The notes under the pieces are model-generated. The model had not been told where the DNA came from and searched no databases. It saw only the letters and a list, made by a program, of their open reading frames with translations. This document shows, in pieces, positions 1 through 10,215 of a DNA stretch of 64,000 nucleotides. The stretch spans positions 5,618 through 69,617 of the forward strand of contig UQYD01000005.1 in NCBI GenBank assembly GCA_900545305.1, written 5' to 3'. The translations under genes and the position numbers were made by a program. Numbering within the stretch: position 1 is the stretch's first letter; each line of letters begins with the position of its first letter. This DNA is from an uncultured Eubacterium sp. GTDB lineage: Bacteria > Bacillota > Clostridia > Lachnospirales > CAG-274.

Positions 1-2541
1 AACAATGTTATTGCAGCAGTAAATGGTGATTTCTTTGGCTCTGGTAATCCTATGTCTAGTATGGGTCAGGTTGCTAAAGACGGTGAAATGGTATCTGCTC
101 AGAATTACTACAACGGTAGTGAGAACAAATATGCAGGTCTTTATATTGATAATGAGGGTGTGCCTTTTATTGACTATGTAAAGTCTACAATAGGCTTTTA
201 TGGAGCAGGTGGCGTTTCTCTTGCTATGGGTGCTAAAAACAAAATGACAGATTTTTCAAAGCCTGTATATTTTGACAGAACTACAATGACAAGCAGTAAA
301 CAGCTTGATGCAACATATTCAACACTTTCTAAAATAGTTGTATCAAACAAGGTTATTACAAAGATTGCTGGACCTAAGGAGGTTGTAGATATTCCGGAAG
401 ACGGCTTTATTATTGTTATGAACAAGGCTACAGCGGCAGCCAATTTAAGCAAGTTTTCAGTTGGTATGAGTGCTGATTTTAGCGAAAATGAAACCTTTGT
501 TTTCAGACCAACAAAGACAATAGACAATATTGACTTTGGTATAAGTGGTGGTGGTGAGCTTTTAAGAAATGGCGAATATGTTTCACAGGGTCTTATTATT
601 GGTCAGAATGCTCGTAACCCAAGAACAATGGTTGGTGTAAGTAAGGACAAGTCAAAGATTTATATTGTATGTATTGACGGTCGTAAAAACGGTATTGGTG
701 CTACTCATGCAGAGGCTGCCAAGATTATGAAAGAATACGGTGCTTATGATGCTATTCACTTTGACGGTGGTGGCTCTACAACAATGGTTGTACAGAAAGA
801 GGGTACAACTTCTCCTTCAGTTGTAAATGTACCAAGTGAGGGTTCATTGAGAGCTGTTGCCAATGGTATAGGTATTGAAGCTACCGGTCAGAGTGGTGTT
901 CCAAGCAGAGTAAAGCCATATGTTCAGGATAGCGAAAAGAACTACCTTTTCCAAGGCTTAGGAAACACAATAAATGTGGAAGTTTATGACGGCAAGTTAC
1001 AGGCTATGAATGTAGATAAGTCGAAATTATCTTTCTCATCAACTATTGACGGTAAATGGACAGACAATGTCTTTACACCTAGTACAACAGGTAAAGGCAC
1101 AATTACTGTTAAATATGGAGATATAAGTGGAACTATTGATGTTACAGTTCTTGAGGGTGTATCAGGTTTAAGACTTTCAGCAGATAAATATGCCCTTAGC
1201 ACAGGAGAAACAGCAAATCTTTCTGTTAAGTTTGTAAATAAAGACGGTTATGACGTAAATGCCGATACTAGCGATATGGACTGGGAAGTTGATGATACAT
1301 CAGTTGGTACTGTTTCAAATGGTGTGTTTACAGCAAAAAGCGAAGGTGTAGCCAAAGTTACAGCTACAGCAAAGGGAGTTTCTTCTTCAATTACTATTGG
1401 TGTTGGTAAGAGATATATTGCTATAAACAGTTTTGAGTCAGCAAGAAATATGACAATGTATTACTATCCAGAGGATTTAGGTCTTACCGGTAGTTCAAAT
1501 GTAATTTCCGGTGTAGGTTCTGACGGTAATAGCTCACTTAAAATAAGTGCTACATTTAAGGCAAACTCTACAACAACTCAGTCTGTTTATGCAAGTTTTG
1601 AACAAAAGCCTATTGTATTCCCTGACAATACAACAGACTTCCTTTATAGCTACAAGGGTGACGGCTCAGGCAGACTTTTGAGAGCTTTAGTAAAGGATAA
1701 CACAGGCAAGAGTTACAATATTGACCTTACTACATCAATGGACGACAGCGAATGGCACGAAGGTCAGGTTGCTATACCAAGTGATTTGACATCACCAGTA
1801 ACTCTTGATAAAATATATGTATCAGCACTTAATACAACAACCGACAATTTAACAAGTACAGTTTATGTAGATAATTTAAGAGTTATGGCTCCTACAAATG
1901 TAGGTTCAGGCATAACAAGTGGTGGCAGTGTAAAGGATTACTGGAATTGCGATTTAGACAGTGTTACTGGTTCTGACTATGAAGTGGTTTCTGCTTTTGG
2001 TCGTTCAAGTGGTGGCAATTCAACTACATTAAGTAAAGTTCTTACACAGATGTCTAACGGTGCTAAGGCTATTGCCTTTGCAGGTGCTACAAATGTAAGC
2101 AATACTACAGGCGTTCCAGCAGTAATTTGGAAAAATGCCTATGCTACAAATGGCACAAACAAGTTCTCATTTGTAAATGTTGCTACCGGTAATGGTAGTC
2201 CGGCATCAGCAAATCCAGAACAGTACAAGTATTTACAGGACTTTATGGACAATTTAAGCAAAAAGAATGTTGTAGTATTAATGGATAGATACCTTTGGGG
2301 TTCAGGTTCTTACAATACAAAGGAAAGAGATGCACTTCACGATATTTTTGAAACAGCAGCTCATCAGTACAACAAGAATGTAATTGTTGTTTCATCAGCT
2401 GGAGAAAGCAATTACACAGAAATAAAAGACGGTGTAAGATACATTAACCTTGCAGGTATAGGAAATACAAGTAATTTACAGTATCTCAAGTTAAAGGGTA
2501 ATGATAAAGATTTGTATTACGAATTTGTAAACGTAAAATAA
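1..2541 (+). CDS. Phosphodiester glycosidase family protein (NAGPA-like) with bacterial Ig-like (Big_2) domains; 5' end lies outside the window.
   Basis: The reading frame is open from nt 1 (NVIAAVNGDFFGSG...). The NAGPA-type 'HFDGGGSTTM' motif is present. Tandem Big_2-like segments occur (e.g. 'LSADKYALSTGETANLSVKF', 'VGTVSNGVFTAKSEGVAKVTATAKG'). Stop codon at 2539-2541. Confidence 0.65.
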   Translation, partial: NNVIAAVNGDFFGSGNPMSSMGQVAKDGEMVSAQNYYNGSENKYAGLYIDNEGVPFIDYVKSTIGFYGAGGVSLAMGAKNKMTDFSKPVYFDRTTMTSSKQLDATYSTLSKIVVSNKVITKIAGPKEVVDIPEDGFIIVMNKATAAANLSKFSVGMSADFSENETFVFRPTKTIDNIDFGISGGGELLRNGEYVSQGLIIGQNARNPRTMVGVSKDKSKIYIVCIDGRKNGIGATHAEAAKIMKEYGAYDAIHFDGGGSTTMVVQKEGTTSPSVVNVPSEGSLRAVANGIGIEATGQSGVPSRVKPYVQDSEKNYLFQGLGNTINVEVYDGKLQAMNVDKSKLSFSSTIDGKWTDNVFTPSTTGKGTITVKYGDISGTIDVTVLEGVSGLRLSADKYALSTGETANLSVKFVNKDGYDVNADTSDMDWEVDDTSVGTVSNGVFTAKSEGVAKVTATAKGVSSSITIGVGKRYIAINSFESARNMTMYYYPEDLGLTGSSNVISGVGSDGNSSLKISATFKANSTTTQSVYASFEQKPIVFPDNTTDFLYSYKGDGSGRLLRALVKDNTGKSYNIDLTTSMDDSEWHEGQVAIPSDLTSPVTLDKIYVSALNTTTDNLTSTVYVDNLRVMAPTNVGSGITSGGSVKDYWNCDLDSVTGSDYEVVSAFGRSSGGNSTTLSKVLTQMSNGAKAIAFAGATNVSNTTGVPAVIWKNAYATNGTNKFSFVNVATGNGSPASANPEQYKYLQDFMDNLSKKNVVVLMDRYLWGSGSYNTKERDALHDIFETAAHQYNKNVIVVSSAGESNYTEIKDGVRYINLAGIGNTSNLQYLKLKGNDKDLYYEFVNVK

Positions 2542-2560
2542 TTAGGAAAAAGGAAAAAAT

Positions 2561-4063
2561 ATGGGAACAAGTAAAAAAGGTGCAATGGCAAAAGATACGG
2601 TTATTTATATGTTAGCAAAGGGTATAGAGGGCGTTGTAGGCGTAGTTACAATGTCAGTAATGACCTATCTTTTTGCGACTTTCCAAATGGGTCTTTACTC
2701 AACAGTAAACATTGCCATTACTACAATAGGTATGGTAGCCATACAGTGGCTTGTACAGTCTGTTTTGAGATACGTAAACAAATACGATATTTTAAATCAG
2801 CAAAAGGAATTTTACTCTACAGTATTTTCAGCTTGGAAAAGAGTAAATGTAGGTGTTGCCTTAATAGCACTTATTATTATATTAGTTGTTAAAACTTTCT
2901 TTGGCAATATACCAGTTGTTGCTAAGTTTACAGAAAATTACAGCTATGCTCTTATGATTTTAGGTGTTTTATGGTTTATAACTTACAACACTTCACAGCT
3001 TATGATTGCTATGCTTGCAGCTGTAAGAGAGGCTAAACTTAATTTGCTTTTAAGCCTTATTACTGTTTGTGGTAAGTTAGGTCTTATGTGGCTTTTCTGT
3101 AAGCTCTTTGGCAGTAGAGTTGAATGGATATTCTTAAGTTACTTTATTACTGACGGTGTTACATCACTTATTGGTATGACTAGACTTAAAATATTCAAGT
3201 ATTTAAAGGGTGGAAAGGGTTCAAAGGAAATTTTAAAGGAACTTAAGGACTATGGCACTCCTTTAATGGGTAATATGATAACTACTTCAGTTCTCAACAA
3301 GTCTGATATTTATATTATTACTGCTGTACTTGGTGCATCAGCTGCCGGTATTTATCAGACAAACTATTCTCTTATTGCTACAGCCTTTACTCTTTTAAGT
3401 GCATCTGTAATGAGAGGAAGTTATCCTACAATACTTCGTACTTGGGCAGAAGGAGATAAGGACGCTACAGCCAGACTTATAAGCGAGGCTGTTAGAATGT
3501 ATCTTCTTTTGGCAGTACCGGCTACAGTAGGTGTGGCTGCTGTTTCTGATGTTATGGCAACAGCACTTTTTGAACAGGCTTATGTAGAGGGTCACTCTAT
3601 TATGTTTTGGGTAGCTTTCGGTATGATGTTCTTAGGTCTTACTGAATATTCAATTAAGCCATGGGAACTTACAGCAAATACAAAGGCTATTTTTAAACGC
3701 TCACTTATAGGTGGTGCTGTAAATGTAGGTTTAAATCTTATTTTAATAAAATTGTTGGGAAGCTATTATATTGCATCTGTTACAACATTTATTGGCTTCT
3801 TTGTTTATTTCTTGCTTGCAAGATATGGCACAAGAAGTCAGTTAAGATGGAAATTAAAGGGCAAAAGTCTTTTCAGAATATTGCTTTCTGCCGGAATAAT
3901 GTATTTGGCAATATATATTTTGAAAATTTTTATGCCGTTTAACAAAATTAATTTGGTTTTATTTGTATTTTGTGGTATGATAGTATACGGATTAGTATTA
4001 TATATTTCTGGTGAGGTTAAAAATGAAGCTAACCTCGTTTTGAATAAGATAATAAAAAAGTAA
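2561..4063 (+). CDS. Polysaccharide biosynthesis protein / oligosaccharide flippase (MOP superfamily, Wzx-like).
   Basis: 500 aa with about 12-14 predicted transmembrane helices. Its length and layout are typical of Wzx-like flippases. It lies at the head of a glycosyltransferase cluster. Confidence 0.7.
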   Translation: MGTSKKGAMAKDTVIYMLAKGIEGVVGVVTMSVMTYLFATFQMGLYSTVNIAITTIGMVAIQWLVQSVLRYVNKYDILNQQKEFYSTVFSAWKRVNVGVALIALIIILVVKTFFGNIPVVAKFTENYSYALMILGVLWFITYNTSQLMIAMLAAVREAKLNLLLSLITVCGKLGLMWLFCKLFGSRVEWIFLSYFITDGVTSLIGMTRLKIFKYLKGGKGSKEILKELKDYGTPLMGNMITTSVLNKSDIYIITAVLGASAAGIYQTNYSLIATAFTLLSASVMRGSYPTILRTWAEGDKDATARLISEAVRMYLLLAVPATVGVAAVSDVMATALFEQAYVEGHSIMFWVAFGMMFLGLTEYSIKPWELTANTKAIFKRSLIGGAVNVGLNLILIKLLGSYYIASVTTFIGFFVYFLLARYGTRSQLRWKLKGKSLFRILLSAGIMYLAIYILKIFMPFNKINLVLFVFCGMIVYGLVLYISGEVKNEANLVLNKIIKK

Positions 4064-4088
4064 TTTCAAAGAAAGGAAGATAAATCAA

Positions 4089-5345
4089 ATGAAAAGTATT
4101 TGTGTAATCGGTATCGGTTATGTTGGTTTGCCAACGGCTGCTATGTTTGCATCAAAGGGTCATAAGGTTATTGGCTATGATTTAAACAAAAAGGCTGTTG
4201 ACGCACTTAACAGAGGCGAAATTATTATTGAGGAGCCAGGTCTTGGAGATTTAGTAAAGAAGGTTGTTGCTGACGGCAATTTAACTGCTACTACTGAATG
4301 TCCTGACGATTGCGATGTTTACATTATCGCAGTTCCTACACCTATCAACGAAGATAAGACAGCTGATATGAGATATGTAGAGTCAGCTACAAGAGCATTA
4401 GTGCCACACGTAAGAAAGGGCTGTATTGTTGTTCTTGAGTCTACTTCTCCTCCAAGAACTGTTGAAGATTTAATGCTTCCTATTTTAAAGGAAACTGGTC
4501 TTGAATTAGGCGAAGAACTTTTAGTTGCTCACTCTCCAGAAAGAATTCTTCCAGGTAGAGTTCTTGAAGAATTGAGAACTAACAGCCGTATTGTAGGTGG
4601 TATTAACCAGAAGTCAAGTGAAGAAGTTAAGAAAGTTTACGAAAGTATTGTTGAAGGTGAAATCTTCATTACAACTTCAACTACTGCTGAAATGTGCAAA
4701 CTTATGGAAAACACTTTCAGAGATGTAAACATTGCTCTTGCTAACGAACTTGCAAAGATGAGTGAAGAACTCGGTGTAAACTGTTGGGAAGTTATTAAGC
4801 TTGCTAACCAGCACCCAAGAGTTAATATTTTAAGCCCAGGTCCTGGTGTTGGTGGTCATTGTATCGCTCTTGACCCTTGGTTCTTAGTTGAAAAGTCTAA
4901 GAATGCTAAGCTTATTCATCAGGCAAGACTTAACAACGATTCTATGCCAGAATTCGTTATGAACAAGATTGACACTATTTTAGGTGGTCTTGAAGGTAAG
5001 ACTGTTGCACTTTACGGTGTTACATACAAGCCAAACATTGATGATGTAAGAGAAAGTCCAATTATGCACCTTTGGTCTATGCTTGAAGAAAAGGGTGCTA
5101 CTGTTAAGGTTTGTGACCCTCACGCTAAAGAAAAGCTTGAAAAGTCTTATGATATTTATGAAGCTCCTAAGGGTGCAGATATTGTAGTTTTAGGTGTAAA
5201 CCACAACCAGTTTGCAGATGTTGATTTTGCTAAGCTTACAGCTGAAATGAACGTAAAGAATATCCTTGATACTAGAAACTTCTGGGATAAGGAAAAGGTT
5301 ACAGCAGCTGGTGCAAACTACTATTTATTAGGTGACGGACAATGA
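4089..5345 (+). CDS. wecC: UDP-N-acetyl-D-mannosamine dehydrogenase (NDP-sugar dehydrogenase family).
   Basis: An N-terminal Rossmann motif 'VIGIGYVGLPTAAMFA' is present. Long near-identical blocks match E. coli WecC ('NRGEIIIEEPGL', 'MRYVESATRALVP...VVLESTSPP', 'TAEMCKLMENTFRDVNIALANEL', 'GPGVGGHCIALDPWF', 'YKPNIDDVRESP'). Confidence 0.85.
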   Translation: MKSICVIGIGYVGLPTAAMFASKGHKVIGYDLNKKAVDALNRGEIIIEEPGLGDLVKKVVADGNLTATTECPDDCDVYIIAVPTPINEDKTADMRYVESATRALVPHVRKGCIVVLESTSPPRTVEDLMLPILKETGLELGEELLVAHSPERILPGRVLEELRTNSRIVGGINQKSSEEVKKVYESIVEGEIFITTSTTAEMCKLMENTFRDVNIALANELAKMSEELGVNCWEVIKLANQHPRVNILSPGPGVGGHCIALDPWFLVEKSKNAKLIHQARLNNDSMPEFVMNKIDTILGGLEGKTVALYGVTYKPNIDDVRESPIMHLWSMLEEKGATVKVCDPHAKEKLEKSYDIYEAPKGADIVVLGVNHNQFADVDFAKLTAEMNVKNILDTRNFWDKEKVTAAGANYYLLGDGQ

Positions 5346-6589
5346 GAAAAGTTTTGATAATTGCCAACCAGTTTCCACCAATGGGTGGTTCAGGTGTACA
5401 GAGAAGTGTTAAGTTTGTAAAACATCTTCGCTGTTTTGGCTATGAACCAGTAGTATTTACCAGAGAAGTTGGAAATATGCCTTTAAAAGATGAAACTCTT
5501 TTAAAGGATATTCCTGACGGAGTTAAAATATACAGAACTAAGCCTTACGAATGTGTTGAGGCAAAGGGTATATTCCGTATACCGGGTAAGGTTCTTGGTA
5601 AGTTTATGATTCCTGATACAGCTAGACTTTGGGAACATTTTTCAAAAAAGGCTGTTATGGATGTAATTGATAAAGAGGGTATTGACCTTATTTATACTAC
5701 TTCTGCACCTTACAGCGACCATCTTCTCGGTCTTTATATTAAGAAAAAACGCCCTGACATAAAGTGGGTTGTGGATTTCAGAGATGAATGGACAAACAAT
5801 CCTTATACTTTAGATAATCCTCACGGTGCCTACAGAACTAAGAGGGAAAAGGAAATGGAACACGAGGTTGTAACTACAGCTGATATGTGCGTTACAAACA
5901 CTCCTGTAATGAGAGCTAATTTTATTAGAAATAATAAATTAACCGGAGATAATTTCTTTACTATCCCTAATGGTTATGATGTAGAGGACTTTGAGGGTAT
6001 GCCTAAGGAAAAACCAAACAACAGCAAGTTGACAATGGTTTATACAGGTGCTTTATACGGAAGAAGAAAGCCGGACAATTTCTTTAAGGCTTTAAGTGAG
6101 TTAAAGTCAGAAGGCAAAATTGATGGCAATAAACTTCTTGTTAAGCTTATTGGCAATTATCACAAAGATAAATTACAGGCTCAAATTGACTCTTTTGGCT
6201 TAAAAGAACAGTTTGAAATTGTGGGTTATGTGCCTCACAATGTTTGTATAGAACATCAGGTAGCTAGTGATGTCCTTGTCCTTATTGAGGGTGGTGGCAG
6301 AGGCTCTGATGCTTTCTATACAGGCAAGATTTTTGAATATATGAATACAAACAGACCGGTATTGGCTATATTGCCAAAGGGTTGTGCTGCTGACCTTGTA
6401 AGAGAAAGTGGCATAGGTATTGTTGCTGATACAGATGATGTAAAGGCAATAAAGGAATGTATTCTCAATTACTATAACGCTTGGGTAGAGGGCAAACTTG
6501 AATTTAATCCAAACAGAAGCGTTATAGAGGGCTTTGAAAGAAAAAAGCTAACAGAAAAGTTAGCTGAGGTTTTTGATAAAATGTACTAG
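5342..6589 (+). CDS. Glycosyltransferase, GT4-like (GT-B fold).
   Basis: 415 aa. The N-terminal 'VLIIANQFPPMGGSGVQRS' is typical of a GT-B donor-binding N-domain. The start overlaps the wecC stop (ATGA). It lies inside the glycan locus. Confidence 0.65.
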   Translation: MRKVLIIANQFPPMGGSGVQRSVKFVKHLRCFGYEPVVFTREVGNMPLKDETLLKDIPDGVKIYRTKPYECVEAKGIFRIPGKVLGKFMIPDTARLWEHFSKKAVMDVIDKEGIDLIYTTSAPYSDHLLGLYIKKKRPDIKWVVDFRDEWTNNPYTLDNPHGAYRTKREKEMEHEVVTTADMCVTNTPVMRANFIRNNKLTGDNFFTIPNGYDVEDFEGMPKEKPNNSKLTMVYTGALYGRRKPDNFFKALSELKSEGKIDGNKLLVKLIGNYHKDKLQAQIDSFGLKEQFEIVGYVPHNVCIEHQVASDVLVLIEGGGRGSDAFYTGKIFEYMNTNRPVLAILPKGCAADLVRESGIGIVADTDDVKAIKECILNYYNAWVEGKLEFNPNRSVIEGFERKKLTEKLAEVFDKMY

Positions 6590-6592
6590 GAT

Positions 6593-7741
6593 GTGACTCT
6601 AATGAAGATACTCCACTTTATCAGCGGGGGAGATTCCGGTGGGGCAAAGACCCACGTTCTCACCTTGTTGGATAATCTGAGAAAACTGAATATTGAGGTA
6701 GAGCTACTGTGTATTATGGAGGGCGTTTTTACTGAGGAAGCTAGGGAAATGGGTATTCCCGTTACTATAATCCCACAGGAAAAAAGATGGGATTTATCTG
6801 TACTCAGTAAAGTTAAGAAATTTATAAATAACTGTGGTTGTGATTTGGTTCATTGTCATGGTGCTAGAGCAAATTATATTTCTCTTTTCATAAGAGGTGG
6901 CGTAAAAGTACCTATGATTACAACTCTCCACAGTGATTATAAGCTGGATTTTAAGGATAATCCGAGAAAACAGTTGATTTATACGCCTATAAATGCCTTT
7001 GCTTTAAGACGTTATAAGCATATTTTGGCTGTAACAAAGGCTTTTAAATATATGCTTATGCTTAGAGGTTTTAAGGAAGAACGTATTGACGTTATATACA
7101 ATGGTATAGATTTTTCTCAAGAACTTCAGACTTATGATATGTATACATTTTTCAAAAATATAAATGTTCCTCATGATTTGAATAAAAAATATGTTGGCAT
7201 TGCAGCTAGACTTTTTGCTGTAAAGGGTGTAAATGTATTTTTAGATATGGCAAAGATTATTGCTGATAAACGTGAGGATATAGACTTTATTATTTTGGGT
7301 AATGGAGAAATGTGGCAACAGTGTCAGGGCTTTATTAAGGAAAATAAACTTGAAAATAGAGTTTATATGGCAGGTCAGGTTACTGACCCTGTAATGATGA
7401 ACAGTTATTACAAGTATATTGACGTAAATACTCTGACATCTTATTCTGAAAGTTTCCCTTATGCTCTTTTGGAAGGTGCAAGGTGCAAGTGTGCTACAGT
7501 AGCTACTGCTGTAGGTGGTATTCCTGAAATGATTATTGATGGAGAAAGTGGTTGCCTTGTTCAGTCCGGAGATAGTAAGGCTCTGGCAGAATGTGTTGAA
7601 ATGCTCTGTGATAAAGATGATATTCGTATAAGATACGGTGTCAACTTCTATGAAAGAGCTAAGGAAAACTTTTCTTCACAGGCTATGGCAAATACCCATA
7701 AGAAAATTTATGAAAAGATTATAAAGGAGAATGTAAAGTGA
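6593..7741 (+). CDS. Glycosyltransferase family 4 (GT1/GT4 retaining glycosyltransferase).
   Basis: The C-terminal 'ESFPYALLEGARCKCATVATAVGGIPEMI' matches the E-x7-E motif region of GT4 enzymes. 382 aa. Confidence 0.75.
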   Translation: MTLMKILHFISGGDSGGAKTHVLTLLDNLRKLNIEVELLCIMEGVFTEEAREMGIPVTIIPQEKRWDLSVLSKVKKFINNCGCDLVHCHGARANYISLFIRGGVKVPMITTLHSDYKLDFKDNPRKQLIYTPINAFALRRYKHILAVTKAFKYMLMLRGFKEERIDVIYNGIDFSQELQTYDMYTFFKNINVPHDLNKKYVGIAARLFAVKGVNVFLDMAKIIADKREDIDFIILGNGEMWQQCQGFIKENKLENRVYMAGQVTDPVMMNSYYKYIDVNTLTSYSESFPYALLEGARCKCATVATAVGGIPEMIIDGESGCLVQSGDSKALAECVEMLCDKDDIRIRYGVNFYERAKENFSSQAMANTHKKIYEKIIKENVK

Positions 7742-8247
7742 AATTAGTTGATGAAAACGGCAAGATTTTTGGTAAGGTAAACATTGTAGACCTTATTGTT
7801 TTAGTCTTAATCGTTGCTATTGCAGCTGCTGGTATTATCAGAGTAAGCTCTAAGAAGTTAAATGCTGATAATAGCGAAGCTGGTGCTGACGGTGACCAGT
7901 ATTGCTATGTTACTCTTTTATCTTCTCTTGTTGTACCGGAAGTTGCTGAAGGCTTAAATATAGGCGACAAGCTTGTTGCTAACAATGCCTTTACAGATGC
8001 AGAAGTTGTTTCTGTTGATGTTGCTCCAGCTGCTTATGTTGGTACTAATTCAGAAGGTAAGGCTGTTTACAGCGAACATCCTTTATGGAAAGATGTTACA
8101 GTTGTTGTTAAGGAAAAAGTTAATCCTAAGTCAGTTATACTTAAAGTAGGCAATCAGGAAGTAAGAGTTGGTTACAGCTATATTCTTAAAACACAGACTG
8201 TAGAAACAAACTGTAAAATCAGAGGTATTGAGTTTAAGGACGAATAG
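7738..8247 (+). CDS. DUF4330-family small membrane-anchored protein.
   Basis: The GTG start overlaps the upstream stop (GTGA), with the RBS AAGGAG 8 nt upstream. An N-terminal transmembrane helix follows 'ENGKIFGKVNIVDLIVLVLIV', a pattern I recall for DUF4330 proteins of Firmicutes polysaccharide loci. Confidence 0.45.
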   Translation: MKLVDENGKIFGKVNIVDLIVLVLIVAIAAAGIIRVSSKKLNADNSEAGADGDQYCYVTLLSSLVVPEVAEGLNIGDKLVANNAFTDAEVVSVDVAPAAYVGTNSEGKAVYSEHPLWKDVTVVVKEKVNPKSVILKVGNQEVRVGYSYILKTQTVETNCKIRGIEFKDE

Positions 8248-8253
8248 TGAGGT

Positions 8254-8805
8254 GTGCTTATGCTCGGTGTTTTAAAAGGCAGTATTCTTGTAAGGGCTAT
8301 ATTGTGTGTTGTTCACACTTTTGGAAATGCCTATAGATGCAGTCTGCTTGAAAAATTTGTTAGTGCAGTTTATAGAAGTTGGAGAGGTAGTTTTGTCCAC
8401 CATATTTGCAGTAAATATGTGAATAAAAAGCCTTTTTACCAGAGTAGTCTTATTTACAGATTTGTAATGGCTATAGGCAGAATTGTGGACAAGCCTTTTG
8501 GTGCTATATACAGAGCCTTTAAGCCGGCTGTTGACAATAGCAAGGTTTGTAATTTTGCTAAGGTTGCAGTAGGTAAGGATTGTAAAAGCCGTGCCTATGG
8601 TGCAGGTCTTTTGCTTATGGCAATACCTATTGGTTCTCTTGTAGCATTGATTATGAAAGGTGATTGCACACCTATTACTATAGGAATGTGTGTAGCTGTT
8701 TTTATTTTTGGTATAGCCCTCAGCTTCGGTGTGGTTTTTAACGAGGTTATTCAGAACAGCTTGGTAGTAAAGTTTGTGAAATGGGTTGTTTCTTCCCTTG
8801 AATAG
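8254..8805 (+). CDS. Hypothetical membrane protein. The probable true start is the ATG at 8260.
   Basis: The GAGGTG RBS at 8247-8252 suits the ATG at 8260. There is one clear C-terminal transmembrane segment. I recognise no family. Confidence 0.35.
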   Translation: MLMLGVLKGSILVRAILCVVHTFGNAYRCSLLEKFVSAVYRSWRGSFVHHICSKYVNKKPFYQSSLIYRFVMAIGRIVDKPFGAIYRAFKPAVDNSKVCNFAKVAVGKDCKSRAYGAGLLLMAIPIGSLVALIMKGDCTPITIGMCVAVFIFGIALSFGVVFNEVIQNSLVVKFVKWVVSSLE

Positions 8806-8810
8806 CCGGA

Positions 8811-10196
8811 ATGGTTGGTGAAATTGTGAACAATATAAGAGCAGTTTTAATACTTATATTAGGTCTTTTGATTGGTCTTGCCTTTGGTTTCTTAGGACCG
8901 GTTGTTGGTCTTGGCTTAGTAGCTGGTATTACAGCTTATATAATGATTGTATCCTCTCCAGATGTGGCTATATGCGTCTTGACAGGCTATGCAGTTATTG
9001 ACTGGGCTTTGAGATTGGTAGCAGAGGCTTTGGCAGGAGCTTGGGATGAGCTTTATCTTGTAGTTCTTATTTTGATTTGGATATACAAGTGGATAAGTGC
9101 CAGAAATGGTGAAACAATTAAGGTTACATCAATGGATTTACCTATAATTATCTTTATAGGTGTAATGCTTTTTGCACTTATAATTAATTCCACTGATTAC
9201 TCTATTTCTCTTGAAGGCTTTAGAGCTATTGTACAGTATATACTTTGGTATTTTGTAGTTCTTCAGCTTGTAAATGGAGAAAAGAGTGCAAGAAAGGTAA
9301 CCATGGCATTTGTTATTGTCACAGGTGTTATGGCAATGCATGGTGTGTTCCAGTATATTATTGGTGTAGAAATGCCGGCAGGTTGGGTTGACCAAAACGA
9401 AGCAGGTGTTAGAACGAGAGTATTCTCTATTCTTACAAGTCCTAATGTTTTTGGTTCATTACTTACTTTGGCAACTCCTATGTCAATTTCTATGTGCCTT
9501 TCTTCAAAGAAAAAAGGTGGCAAGTTTGTCTTTGGCTTTTTAGCCCTTATGATGGCAGCCAGCCTTGTGTTTACTTTCTCAAGAGGTGCATGGATAGGTT
9601 TTGTACTTGCTATCGGTATTTATATTTTACTTAAAGACAAAAGACTTATTATTCCGGGGATTGTGTTGGCAGTTCTTGTAGTAGCACTTGTACCAAGTGT
9701 TGGCAACAGAATTGGCTATATGCTCAGTCCTGAATATATTGAATCCTCTTTAAGAGGTGGCCGACTTGTACGTTGGCTTACAGGTTTAAGAATTTTGGAA
9801 TTTTATCCATGGCTTGGTGTTGGTCTCGGTCAGTTTGGTGGTGCTGTTGCTATGAATCATCAAACAAGTTTCTTAGTAGACCTAAGTGTTGTAAAGACAT
9901 TCTATATGGATAACTATTATTTAAAGACAGCTGTTGAAAGTGGTATTGTAGGTTTCAGTGCCTTTGTAATGCTTATGTATAGTGTTATTATCAACAGCTT
10001 TAGAACACTCCGTTCCCCATTGACAAAAGAGGGAAAGGAACTTGCTATAGGTATTATGGCAGGTCTTTGTGGTGTTATTGCCCACAACTGGGTAGAAAAT
10101 GTATTTGAAACACCTTTAATGGCTAGTGTATTTTGGGTATTTGTAGGTGTTATAATGGCTATGTGGTACAGCAGTAATAAGGCTGAGAATAAATAA
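8811..10196 (+). CDS. O-antigen ligase / Wzy-like polymerase family membrane protein.
   Basis: 461 aa, polytopic, with a large periplasmic-loop region. The segment 'FTFSRGAWIGFVLAIGIY' resembles the Wzy_C core. It sits in a glycan locus. Confidence 0.6.
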   Translation: MVGEIVNNIRAVLILILGLLIGLAFGFLGPVVGLGLVAGITAYIMIVSSPDVAICVLTGYAVIDWALRLVAEALAGAWDELYLVVLILIWIYKWISARNGETIKVTSMDLPIIIFIGVMLFALIINSTDYSISLEGFRAIVQYILWYFVVLQLVNGEKSARKVTMAFVIVTGVMAMHGVFQYIIGVEMPAGWVDQNEAGVRTRVFSILTSPNVFGSLLTLATPMSISMCLSSKKKGGKFVFGFLALMMAASLVFTFSRGAWIGFVLAIGIYILLKDKRLIIPGIVLAVLVVALVPSVGNRIGYMLSPEYIESSLRGGRLVRWLTGLRILEFYPWLGVGLGQFGGAVAMNHQTSFLVDLSVVKTFYMDNYYLKTAVESGIVGFSAFVMLMYSVIINSFRTLRSPLTKEGKELAIGIMAGLCGVIAHNWVENVFETPLMASVFWVFVGVIMAMWYSSNKAENK

Positions 10197-10215
10197 TATA
10201 TTGTGGGGTAGTCCT

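Noticed and set aside
198-527. Antisense or internal ORFs from the six-frame track, fully embedded in strongly supported genes on the opposite strand or another frame. Examples: 198-527, 984-1202, 3395-3595, 9138-9523, 10996-11382, 17225-18530, 19621-20097, 36784-37215, 40073-40339, 55925-56352, 57361-57777.
   Set aside because: They lie wholly inside confidently identified genes, have no RBS, and encode low-complexity products typical of AT-rich antisense frames.
8254-10196. 8254-8805 and 8811-10196 as one frameshifted polymerase gene.
   Set aside because: The two ORFs are in different frames and are separated by a stop. The second has its own start context. Wzy-like proteins of ~460 aa are normal. 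I kept them as separate genes.
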